Positions 14,227 through 25,400 of a stretch of 64,000 nucleotides of DNA are shown here, piece by piece; within the stretch, counting starts at the first letter, position 1; each line of letters begins with the position of its first letter. Origin of the DNA: Alloascoidea hylecoeti (Eukaryota). The notes below the pieces were generated by a model. That model saw only the letters and a list, made by a program, of their open reading frames with translations. It did not search any database and was not told where the DNA came from. A program made the translations under genes and the position numbers. The DNA lies in NCBI GenBank assembly GCA_001600815.1, contig BCKZ01000007.1:854059-918058 (forward strand), in the 5' to 3' direction.

Positions 14227-14978
14227 CCTAATTTTAGAGATGAAAGGACATTTTGAATAGAGAAGTCGGTATATCAAGTGAAATATTTAGTCTACTACAA
14301 GTTTCCATCTGTACAGTACAGTAGTTGAGAACCAGAAAAGTCATTATAGTAGACATTTGAAAGAGTTCTCTATTTTTGGTTACCTTATTGATTATTGTGC
14401 TTTCAGACATTTTTGATAGAGATGCTTTTATTTTCCCACGGGACCCGGTTTATATTAAGCTACACGAAAGATACAAATAGTTTGTATACCTGAGATGTAG
14501 TCTTTTCTAAAACATCTAACTTGATTAATATATAAGTTATATAAGCCCCAAGAAGTTTGGTACCCCAAATCTAAGCATTGAATGGGTTTAAAGAAGATAT
14601 CAACACCAGTTTAACAGAGCTCTGAAAGTGATATCAATACTTGAAAAGGAGAAAGATGGTGGGAAAGATCAGGAAAATCTTTTGGGAAGGGAACAGAACT
14701 TCTCTTCAACTTGTTGAACACGAAGTAACCAAAATTTAAAGTTAATGGTTTGTGAATTAATTGGTTATATTTGTTATTCAGAGAGAAAAGATAATATCCC
14801 TCAATCTTCATCTCAAATGCTATTCCATAAATTTTATCTAGAATCAAGCATTAATGTTTTATGGGTGGAAAAGAAAAGAAAATTTTAAATTCTTATCAAC
14901 ATCAATATCACCCTCGATTATTCATATATTCAAATACTATTTTAGGATATATATATAATAAATATTTAATCTTTAAAT

Positions 14979-16328
14979 CTACAATAAAAGAGATTCTTTT
15001 CCTTCCTTTGAAACAATGGATTTGACTCCTTTATAACCGTTAAATGTAGCTTCTGTTCTTTCTCCAAATCCAGCGAAATCAATAGGAGGAATTCCCTTCA
15101 AGAATCGTTTAGATTGTTCCCTTACATATGAAATATTCCCTTCTGTTTTAGGAACCGATGCAATATAAACCACAGCTGCAACTTCATCACCTCTATGCTC
15201 TACTTCAACAGCATGAATCATATCACAATGCCACCAAACGGTATCACCAGGGTTGACATCTGGAATTGGTATCAAACATTCTTCAAGACGAAGATGGGGG
15301 TGTGATACAGATGACAGATATTGCGATTGATCAGCCCAAGTACCTGGAAACCAAGCTTTCTCCATATCAATTTCCCAATTTTCGGGGTCTAAATATGCTG
15401 GGTCTTCTGGGGATTTCTTGGCAGTGAAAAATGGTCTTAATAAAATATAAGCAATAGTGATCTTAACAAATGGATATAGACAAATACCACCTCGTTTCTC
15501 ACCAATATGACTTAAAGCTGTCCAACCTTGAAATGTTCTGAAAACTCTAGAATGTGGGAAGAATCGAGATCCAGGAAACAATTCTTGATTTGCCGATTGT
15601 CTATGTTCTAGGTCAAACATATCCAAATCTTCAGGATGTCCAGACCAAACTGCATCATAACATGACTTATATGTTGGATCGACCCATCTGGTGAGACTTC
15701 CAGCGTCCACATGAGGGCCAATTCCAATCATAGGCTTACCAGGTTGCCTTAATCTGATTGCATCGGCATATGTTAAAGGTTCAACAAGGTGCTTGTTTTC
15801 TCCGGTAATGTTTCTAATCCATAACTCATTCAGCCATTTTTGAAGTTTAAGATGGTCTGGTTTAGAACGAAGAGTTACTTGAGTAGGTGACCAACAAACA
15901 TTCAAAATACATGGATTATCAATTGGTCTACCATCAATTTGATCTTTATTGTCTTTTTGATATTTAAGTGCATCTTCTAATAAACCTGTAATTTCATCAT
16001 CATCAACAACATTTCTAACAATTAAGCATCCCGCTTCTCTCAACTTTTCGGTTTTCTTTGTATCTTTACTAATTTCATCTAAATCTGCAAACTCAATAAC
16101 AGGAATCGCGGACTTCTTCTCCCTGGCAAGTTTTTCAGTTAGAAACTTTAATTCATTGCAAGTTTTAATCCATGATTTCATAAGATTTCTTGTTCCATAT
16201 TCGTTAATAATGTCCTGGAGGTATCCACGATACTCTTCATGATGTTTCATAGCAACTGGATCGCGCTCAGTGTATTGAGGCCAATGAGCATTTGCAATGC
16301 TAATTGGATTTGGAATTGAAGCGGTCAT
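14979..16328 (-). CDS. DUF1479 (YbiU/Gig2-like) protein, putative 2OG-Fe(II) oxygenase fold
   Basis: Motifs PLTYADAIRLRQPG, GPHVDAGSLTRW, RVFRTFQGWTALS, YILLRPFF, HPHLRLE and PGDTVWWHCDMIHAVE (HxD...H triad). Intronless. Confidence 0.85.
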   Translation of the reverse strand: MTASIPNPISIANAHWPQYTERDPVAMKHHEEYRGYLQDIINEYGTRNLMKSWIKTCNELKFLTEKLAREKKSAIPVIEFADLDEISKDTKKTEKLREAGCLIVRNVVDDDEITGLLEDALKYQKDNKDQIDGRPIDNPCILNVCWSPTQVTLRSKPDHLKLQKWLNELWIRNITGENKHLVEPLTYADAIRLRQPGKPMIGIGPHVDAGSLTRWVDPTYKSCYDAVWSGHPEDLDMFDLEHRQSANQELFPGSRFFPHSRVFRTFQGWTALSHIGEKRGGICLYPFVKITIAYILLRPFFTAKKSPEDPAYLDPENWEIDMEKAWFPGTWADQSQYLSSVSHPHLRLEECLIPIPDVNPGDTVWWHCDMIHAVEVEHRGDEVAAVVYIASVPKTEGNISYVREQSKRFLKGIPPIDFAGFGERTEATFNGYKGVKSIVSKEGKESLLL

Positions 16329-17681
16329 ATTGATTTCTCTTATAACTTAAGTAATATTGATCTTACAATTAATACTTTAATAAAAATTGTAATTGAAAAT
16401 AAACAGGAAAATGAAAGGATTTATATATAAATTTTGATGATTATCTTATAACACTGAGATTATAAATTTTTCAAAAAAAGCTATAACTTATAATGAAACT
16501 TAATTATTATAATTATATATATCAGTTTAAGGTTAAAATTTACCCCAGAAAACCCCGTGTGTTAATAGTTAACATTGCATATCCAACTCTAATAAATAGA
16601 ATATAATAATAAATTATAAAGTGAAAGACAGATCAAACGCTGAAATAATAGTTCTCTGCATTCCCACATTCGTAAGCATTTCCCTAAATGATCAAGCTGC
16701 AGATTCTAGTTGTTATGGATGCGGAATACCTTCCTGAAAGAGTAATTGAGCAAAACAAAATCATTTTCACTATTCACCAATATCCTTTATTCGGTCTAAT
16801 CAGTTTGGTATTATCCAATTAAAGGGGGTTATTTCAATTTTTGTGAATAAAAAAATGAAACCGTTATCTCCTTACATTTTCAATGTGAATTAATACTAAA
16901 TTATGATCGATGATATCATAATTCATGAATAACATGTCGGTATATACATACTATTTAATGAGTTTGATTATAAAGACCCCCACTTAATCAAGAAGGATCT
17001 GCATTATATAGCTATACACGGATATTTACTTCTAAATCAGGTGCTAATATTCTAGGCTTGAATGATTTAGTTATTGATGCATTATTATATCGATTTTAGA
17101 GTTGGACGGTTTTGAATTAATCCGAAAAACCTTGACATAACCGAGTATATGTATTTGTGCTACAGATTTGTTTTCCTATAATTATCTATACTAGATTTAT
17201 CTTTCAATTAGTTTCTATAATAATAAAGACTATATTATTTATAACCTTACATATATATTCTCCTAGATTTACAATAGATAAACGAGATAGCTTTTTAACC
17301 CAACCTGATTTTATCTTATTGTACAGCTTACAAGTCAAAAAATATATTAAACAGTCAAATAAATATATGCAATTCATGTAAAGGTTAGTCAGGCTGAATG
17401 AACAGATTATATATTATAATTAGCTATTGTTTTTGATACCTTTTTACTTTAGATTCAGCTGTAAAACAAAAAAATAAAGACAAAAAATGAATAAAAAGAG
17501 TTGCAAAGCTTTCTCTCGACAATCATATAAAAGGAAACAACAACAAATTTAAATAGTCGGTTGCACTCATAATTCAAGCTTAAGCGTATCTTAAAAGGCT
17601 TGTATCAATGTTTCGTAAATATCAACTAAATTTATAAATTTAATTCAAACAAAACAAATTAAATCTTTATAGTATGTATCA

Positions 17682-17997
17682 TTATAAGGGGTTGACTTCA
17701 AGGTTGTAATCATTCCTTCTTGCAGCTTCTCTAAATTCAACTGAGGAAGTTAAAGATTTTATCACATTGTCAGGTTTTTGAAGTTTGTTTGTGCTTAAAG
17801 GACCATACTGCTAAGCAGACTTTCTGTATTCAGCAAATGTAGATGAAGAAGGTTGAGAAGTTTCAGTTTTAAAAGTTTTGCCAGATTTTGATTCTGTATA
17901 GCATATTGTAACGGATGAAAATAGATGAGTGAGTTAGCTTGACTAATCTTGGTGTGAAGCATTTGGTAGTAGTAGAACCCATTGCAGAAAGTACCAT
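17682..17997 (-). pseudogene. Disrupted small mitochondrial protein gene, DPI8(YJL133C-A)/KGD4-like motif
   Basis: Reconstruction: MVLSAMGSTTTKCFTPRLVKLTH/LFSSVTICYTESKSGKTFKTETSQPSSSTFAEYRKSA*QYGPLST...NPL*. This needs removal of a 4-bp ACTC duplication, and there is an in-frame TAG at 17811-17813 inside the FxEYRxxAxxYGPL motif. Confidence 0.6.
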
Positions 17998-18379
17998 TAG
18001 GTTTTTGAATCGATTGCTAAATGAATATCAATATTATATACATATATACCTAGATATGAATATAAGAAGAGGGGGAAAAGGGGTTTACCACTTTATAGAT
18101 AGATTCACAGCTGTGTTTCATGCTTCAGAGAATAGTTTATTTTTTGAAAATGCTATTGAATTTATACATTACGTTATCATACTTAATTAAAAGTGGCATG
18201 GTTGATTTATAATAGAATTTCAATTGCAATGATATTAGAGTATTTTTCGTCGGATTAAAGGTTAAATACAATTGAGGCATAAAAACTGCAGAAGTTCTAT
18301 CATTTGTGCTGGCATTTCCAATATAATAATTATAGACTGATGATACAATGGGGATATAGAAAGAGGATCTTAAAAGTTA

Positions 18380-18776
18380 AAAGGATCCCAGCTTTAGAAG
18401 TCTCTAAAGAATCATTGAATGAACCCATCCTTTTAAAACTTATAGAAAATACCTAAAGAATTCAACTGGTCCATCATGTCAAAATCAATAGAAACACCTG
18501 AATTGAATCGTGATTTATATCCAATGAAGTTAAGAAATGTTTTGGATCTTGACAGGCATTATAAGAAATGGGCTGGCGAGTATACCGGTATACTAGGTAG
18601 GGATCCTAATCTAAAGAAATACAGAGTATTATAAGGCAAGAATTACCAATGAGGAAAGAAAGAAGACGATTACAGCAGAGGTCTTGAACGATGAGAATAT
18701 TCAAAAACTTTTCAAAGGGAAATATAATGAAATTTAAGCTGAGTCTAGGAAAATATTTTACAAGAATTCGAAGTGA
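18380..18776 (+). pseudogene. FCF2: FCF2 (pre-rRNA processing) pseudogene
   Basis: ETPELNRDLYPMKLRNVLDLDRHYKK, then a frameshift, then NTEYYKARITNEERKKTITAEVLNDENIQKLFKGKYNEI*. This follows the Fcf2 domain pattern (TPELKRDL..LK.R.VLDPKRHYKK...EFY.SR....RKKT..EE.L.D....YFKRKY.EIQ). Confidence 0.8.
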
Positions 18777-18869
18777 CAAATATATCAGTCGTGCTACTAT
18801 TACTTTAAATTGATTTTCAATAAATTTAATTTTCAGTATGTCTATAAATGCGAATGTTCAGGAGAAAGA

Positions 18870-19315
18870 TATGTGCCTGTTAATTTCAGACTGTGGTTAA
18901 TTATAATTCAAGCAAAGTTTCTGATGGTTCTTTAATTTTCTCGGCGGTCAATCAATTTTCGAATGTAAGTGGAAACTATTTTCTCACTCTTAATCATAAT
19001 TTACAACCAATTACGTTTTCTTAATTTCCTTTCCTTTTTAATTCTACTTTATGCCAAATATTCTATTGGTCAGAAGATTAGGAGCTAAACGACATTGAAT
19101 AATTATAATGAATAGCTACTCAGATATGATTAATATAATTTAGATTCCTATTAATTTGTAGAAGAAGAAAGTGATAATTAGGTTGAAAAAGGTTTAAATT
19201 GTAAAAGTATCTTTTTTCACCTTATCATTTTATTATGAAGCATACCAAACTATGCTCATCTATAAGAGAATAACTATTTTCCTGGCTTTAACAAGTGTAT
19301 TTGTTCTAGAATATA
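18870..19315 (-). repeat. Right arm of long inverted repeat (partner 13811-14226)
   Basis: TATGTGCCTGTTAATTTCAGACTGTGGTTAATTATAATTCAAGCAAAGTTTCTGATGGTTC is the exact reverse complement of the left-arm segment ending at 14226. Confidence 0.9.
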
Positions 19316-19747
19316 TGATGGTTGTTCCACATTTTTTCCTTCCCCTAATGCGCCTCCTTGGCTCTTAACTGAATCGAGCCACTAGTGAAAGAGGATGTGC
19401 ACCTAGTACATCATGAATGAAATGATACTTGCTAATGAGCGATCAAAAATTGCTTATTATATTTGATATTCATTATGCATACGTTAAAAAAAATTCAATG
19501 AGTACGATATTTTCGAAAGATAATTACCGGGTATAACCTCCTTCATTAGTTTGTTGATTAGCTATATGATTAAATATTGATTGCAAAGATATATATATAT
19601 ATATCATAAGTATAGTAAGACATTATTATTAACTGTAAAAAGGGCATTACCTATACCGTATATATCATTTACATTTGTTTATAGATAATCTTGATTCGAA
19701 CACGATCTAAAGCCCATAAAATATATGAGTTAGTATATGATTGGGAA

Positions 19748-22243
19748 TTATTTAATATCTAGTCCAACTTGTAACATCATTGAAGAGCAGTCGCTCTTAT
19801 TAGCAGAGTTAGGTTGTATAATAGACCTTGTTTTATAATCATAACTTAACCTGCTATTCAATAACGAGCTAATCCTTCCAGAATTTATGTTTAAATTTAC
19901 TTTTCGATTTATTCTAGGGGGCATTCTTAATTCTTCGGTTGCTAAAGGTTTTATTATTTCACGATCAAAGGAAGGTAAATAAATCACAGTTTCTTCAAGG
20001 TCGTTTTCTTCATCAAACTCAAAATCAGATTCACTATCTTCATCACTTATATTTTCTTCTTCAGAAGTTTGATCTCCAAAGGGAAGACCTGTAATATCAA
20101 TGATGTATTCTAAAACTCTAGTCCACTCTCCAACCAGATATAAATTATCAGGGGACATAATGGAAGGAGGAGATATTTTTCCATCAATACCTATATTTGA
20201 ATCATCGAATCCCACCTGAATAACATACGTATTATTTAATTTTGTTGTTTGTAATTTATTGTAAAATTTCGAAATGGCACCGAAGTTTGATATAATAAAA
20301 TTAAAGGAGTTGTTGTTGTTCTCGTTCTTGTTTTCAAATATAGAAGACATTACATCACTAAAAGGCTGAAGCTTTTGTTTCATGGATGATTTATCTCCTA
20401 TTTTTTGTAGAAGAGTCTCCCATCCTAAGTCATTTGATTTTATTGGAGCCTGTTGATAATACACATTAGCATTGCTACCGTCGTGTCGTCTGCCTGTACT
20501 TAGAGTGACAGAGAGTAGATCATTTTCTTTAAGTTGTGTTAAGATTGCTCTAATATTATTCGAGACAATAAGGCTATCTGATGGAGTATATGAATGATTA
20601 ATATAAAAATAATATACCTTTTCATTTGTATTAATTAAATTTTGTGAATTAGCAACAACATTATTACTAGAGGCATCAGGTGTTTTACTAATAATAGATT
20701 TTGATCCAGACTCTAGGAAATTCATTGGTGATTTTGGAGTCCCGTATCGTTCTAATGTATCAATATCTAAGGTTGCAGTGGTTTCATAGTACTCAAACTT
20801 TTGTCCTTGATAACGTAATGCTAAAGACCATCTTTGCAATACAGAATCAACTTTGGAAGATAGGTATAATTCTGGAAGGAAAGGTGAATTAATTTTCAAT
20901 TGTATAACATCTTCGTGACCGATAGGAACTGTTACCGACATTCCTTCTTTATCAATCATAGCAACACCTTTGATGTGGTATGAAGCTTTATCGTTTGTGG
21001 TGCAAGATTCAGATAAATTTTTATTCAAGGGTTCAATCATGAGTAAAGAGTTGGTAAATAATACACATATTAAGGTCTGAAATTCGTCAATAGTTTCTCC
21101 AACTTTTAAAATATCGATTAATCGAAGTTCTTGAAATAAATTTGTATCTAATTCATACCAATCTTCAATTCCATCCAATAATGCTTTGCGAACATTTTCT
21201 CGTAGCTTTTTTATTTTCTGAGAACCAATTAATGATAATGAATCATCAGACAAGTTTTTCGTCCTTAAGCTTTGAAATGATAATACTGGTGGTGGAAGAC
21301 TATTAATATCTTGATATACAACTTCCTTTTCTGTCTCTACACCATGCACTTTGATAGGTGTTTCAGTATTTGTAAATTTATATCTTCTGTCTTTGATATT
21401 CGGTATAGGACTAGTAAATGATCTTTGAATTTGCTGTTTTTCTCTTTGAAACGAAAATGAATATGAATGTGTAGACGAAGGAATTTCACCGTTATGAAGA
21501 TCAGGTAATAAAGGTGTAGTTGATGTCTTTTTACTTGATAATAAATTATTCAGCCTTTCTGGGTCATAATGAGTTGTATGATCATGTCCACCAAAAACAT
21601 TAGACTTATTTGTGAGCACCTTCGTCATTATCTCTTCAAAGAATTCACTATTCACGGGTACCAAACTCGTTTCATTCCCACAATCAGGGCAGTGTGGTAG
21701 TATATGATTAGAATTTAAATAAGAAGATGGATTTGAATTGGGATTGCTATTGTTGAAGTTAGATTTAACCAGATAGGTAAAACAATGCTCATGAGAACAA
21801 TGTCCACATTCACATTGGATTGGTTTTTCACCATCCATCATTGTCACTAACGACTCTTTACATATACAACAGTTTTGCCTCATTATATTCTTCCTCTTTC
21901 CCATTTTCTTCCTTTGTTCGCTAGATGAATAACTGTGAGAGAAAGTATTACTCCTATCAGATGAGCCGTAAATAGGATTTGGTTTCCCAGGATAGCGACT
22001 ATAAATCTCAGAAGATAACATCTCTGTTGAGCTTTTAAAAGTAAAACTATCTTCAGATCCTATGGAATTGGTTGATGTTGGTGTTTGCGGTTGGATAAAT
22101 TCAAGTGAAAAAGAATTACCACTTACCCGCGGGGATATCTTCAAATCTCTGATACTTGGTTTCTTTGGAGAAATATCAGTCATAGAATCCGGAGATTTCT
22201 TTTGAAATTTGCTTGCAATTTTAGAAAGCATAGAATATGACAT
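19748..22243 (-). CDS. Far1/Ste5-family scaffold (RING-H2 + PH + degenerate vWA)
   Basis: RING-H2 CCICKESL...CECGHCSHEHCF...CPDC, PH-like ELRLIDILKVG...CVLFTNSLLMIE...QRWSLAL, a vWA-like C-terminal region and an acidic tail. Confidence 0.75.
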   Translation of the reverse strand: MSYSMLSKIASKFQKKSPDSMTDISPKKPSIRDLKISPRVSGNSFSLEFIQPQTPTSTNSIGSEDSFTFKSSTEMLSSEIYSRYPGKPNPIYGSSDRSNTFSHSYSSSEQRKKMGKRKNIMRQNCCICKESLVTMMDGEKPIQCECGHCSHEHCFTYLVKSNFNNSNPNSNPSSYLNSNHILPHCPDCGNETSLVPVNSEFFEEIMTKVLTNKSNVFGGHDHTTHYDPERLNNLLSSKKTSTTPLLPDLHNGEIPSSTHSYSFSFQREKQQIQRSFTSPIPNIKDRRYKFTNTETPIKVHGVETEKEVVYQDINSLPPPVLSFQSLRTKNLSDDSLSLIGSQKIKKLRENVRKALLDGIEDWYELDTNLFQELRLIDILKVGETIDEFQTLICVLFTNSLLMIEPLNKNLSESCTTNDKASYHIKGVAMIDKEGMSVTVPIGHEDVIQLKINSPFLPELYLSSKVDSVLQRWSLALRYQGQKFEYYETTATLDIDTLERYGTPKSPMNFLESGSKSIISKTPDASSNNVVANSQNLINTNEKVYYFYINHSYTPSDSLIVSNNIRAILTQLKENDLLSVTLSTGRRHDGSNANVYYQQAPIKSNDLGWETLLQKIGDKSSMKQKLQPFSDVMSSIFENKNENNNNSFNFIISNFGAISKFYNKLQTTKLNNTYVIQVGFDDSNIGIDGKISPPSIMSPDNLYLVGEWTRVLEYIIDITGLPFGDQTSEEENISDEDSESDFEFDEENDLEETVIYLPSFDREIIKPLATEELRMPPRINRKVNLNINSGRISSLLNSRLSYDYKTRSIIQPNSANKSDCSSMMLQVGLDIK

Positions 22244-22473
22244 TTTGATACAAGTTAATATATTTTGAGAAGAGATTATTCAAATTGATTAGGTGAAAAA
22301 CTCTAGAGCCGAAACATAACGGAAACGGACATATCTATTAAGATTATTGAACTCCCGTTTCAAACGGCATTATACGTTCTTGTTTGGGGTATATATGGAC
22401 GATACTGGAATATACTTAAGTGTGTGTAAATATAATACTGATACATAACTATAACATTAAATCATTAAATATT

Positions 22474-25400
22474 CTATATCAATCCCCAACCTTGAACAAA
22501 CTTCTTCACTAATCCACTTCTAATAACATCGTCACATTGTAACAAACAAGGTGCCACTATCTCAGTTAATGAAGTGTCAAAAATTGGAGTTTTGAAATTT
22601 TGGCGGTTGTTATATAATTTATCAAAATGGTCCAGAAGTTTAATAGTGGGATTAATTTTAGCATCATTTGGACTTTTTTCTAATAAATTCAGCCATTCAC
22701 TGATCCCAACAACCTCGAAATCCAGACCAGCATCCTTCTTTAATGTCGGCAGTAGGTCTCTTGTCCAATCAACTAGTTTGGGCGTTGTAACATTGTAAAC
22801 AACATCTGCTCCATTAATAGTCTTACCCAAACTCTTTTCTTTTGCTTCTCCCTCAAACAATATATCTAATAAAACATCGGCTACGACGTCAACCGGTGTC
22901 CATGATAGAGTTTCAGTAAGTGCTGGAAGTGCCTTCAAAACTTTAGCACTCTGAATCATCAAAGGATAGGCCTCAGTATTATTCCAAATACCATTTTCGG
23001 TGTCACCCACAATCTGTCCAATACGAGCAGATCTTGCATATATTCCCGTCTGGCTACAGGCATTCCTAATAATATGCTCGCTTGCCAGTTTTGACTGGCC
23101 GTAGCCCATTGGAGCAGCTGATCTGGAGATATCATCCATTATTGCTTCAGGAATTGGCGTTGTTGGACACATCAAAGCGCTAGAAATAGAGGAACAGAAA
23201 ATAAACTTGGCTGGAGTTGATCTCTTAGAACTCAATGCTAACTTAATTAAATCAGAAACAGCTTTAATATGCGGTTCAAAAAATGCTAAGCTATAATTGA
23301 AATTGACAGGCCAAGCACAATGAATAATTGATGAAAGTGATTCAAGCATTTCGGGTTCGAATGATAACAAACAATCTTTAACATTTCCATCTTTTCCAAG
23401 TTCAAAAGGTATTCCCACAATTCTATCAACGATCTTTTCATTAGTCAGATCTATTCCCCTGATTTTAAGGCTTTTCAATATCCGATCTTGTGCTTCTTCT
23501 TTACTGCCTGCTCTCACTATACAATAAACCTTCTTGACCTTATACGATAATAATAAATCCCTCAAAACAAAAGCACCTAGAGAACCAGTAGCTCCGGTTA
23601 AAAGAACAACTTCAGAACTATTATCAGCCGTGTATGGATATCTATTTCCATCTGAAACCCTTATGCCAGAGAAGTCAGAATATTTCTCAATTAGATTTTT
23701 GACTGTTAGTCCAGATTGTTGAGAATTTGGTTTCAGGCTACAATCTAGTGTCATATCACCTGAATGTGTCAGTGAATAAATATAGAATGCAAGGTCTTTG
23801 ATAGTGGGATATTCATAGATGGCTGTTCGTTTTAAATCACTATACAACATTTTGTGTAGTTCACCCCAAACAGCAATAGCCTGTAAACTGTCAACACCAG
23901 CTTTAAATAGATCTAATTCTGACGACTCTATTGAAACACCCACTTCGTTGAGCGTGTTCATGATATAGTCATTTATTTCTTTCAGGCTCATTCCTGAAGC
24001 CTTATTTAAATACATAGTAGCAGCTTGAGACTCTACTTCGTTGTATTTCTTATCAATTTCCTCAGCAAATTCTTTATAGAACATTCGCCTTTTAATGGAT
24101 CCTTTATCTGCATAGGGATATGCGACATCATATGGAAGGACTATTACCATATCCTTTAATATTCGTGAGAATTTTTCAACTTTTTCATTTGTATCAGCAA
24201 TCATGGGCCATATTTTCTCCAAAAATTCATCTGTGTCATCTTCCTTATGGGCTGGAATAATGAAAATACCAGGAATAGCTTTTCCTATTCCAAACACAAC
24301 ACATTCCTTTATTAAAGGACTTTGTCTAATTCGATATTCTATTGGAAGAGTCAAAACCTTTTCGCCAGTTGATAATGTGACTCTATCGTCTTTTCGCCCT
24401 TCGTATTTATACCAATCATGATCAGGGTGCTTTATAAAAAGATCACTAGTATCCCATCCACCATCGTCACTATTGCACAGACAACGCATGGGGAAATCCT
24501 CTTTCAAATGAAGTTCAAAAGTCCCATCCCCTTGATCAACAAATGAAACGTATTCCTCAAGACCATGAAGTGGGGTGTACCACTCCCAATCCATATCAGT
24601 TTTACGATAACTAGACATGACAACACCACCTTCTGTCGATCCATACATGCAATGAAATCTTGTGTTAGAAGTAAATAACATTTCATCGCCAATCTCTTTT
24701 GATATTTTACCACCGCTCATACCAACGAAATGCAATTTTTTCAAAGCATTCATACCTTCTTCCATCTTCAACATTTCCATGACTGTATATGGAACCATAA
24801 TAGCATTTTTTATACTTGGTTGACTGATTATTGTTTTGGTAACATTATTCGGAGTCAATGGTTGACAGAAATTGAAAAAAAAAACGGTATCACGCTGGCC
24901 AAATCGTCCTTCATAGCCATGAGTTCCAAGCATATGAAATATTGGAGCTGTTACAATCATGTCTCCAGTTAAATCATTGGAAAGGTACTTTATGAGCTGC
25001 AAAACAAATTGGTTAGATTGCGCAACTAATTTGGGGAATCCTGTTGAACCTGATGAATGGGCAAAGTAAGCTGCTCTAGTACTTAAACCCTTATTATCTT
25101 CATGAGATGCAGAGAAGTTAATTGCATTTGCAATATTTTCCATGCTGCTGAATTCTTCAAAATAAACAGCTTTAACGGCTTCAATACTAGGATCTGTATC
25201 ATTACATTCGTTAACGACTTCGGCATAGCCTTCATAAAGTAGTCTTTTGGGACCCTGGAAATCATCTAGAAGCTTCGATACAATTTCCCCTGTTAATCTT
25301 GGTGATGTTAAAAGAGGAGAATAACCTAAACGATATAGAGCTTGTTGATTCACAAGCAACCTGATACCAGCAGGGACCAGAACGCTAACACCAACATTCC

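Noticed and set aside
17811..17813. Reassigned genetic code (TAG = Gln)
   Set aside because: TAG terminates intact genes in this window (DUF1479, NRPS-like, pectate lyase), and the same ORF also has a frameshift.
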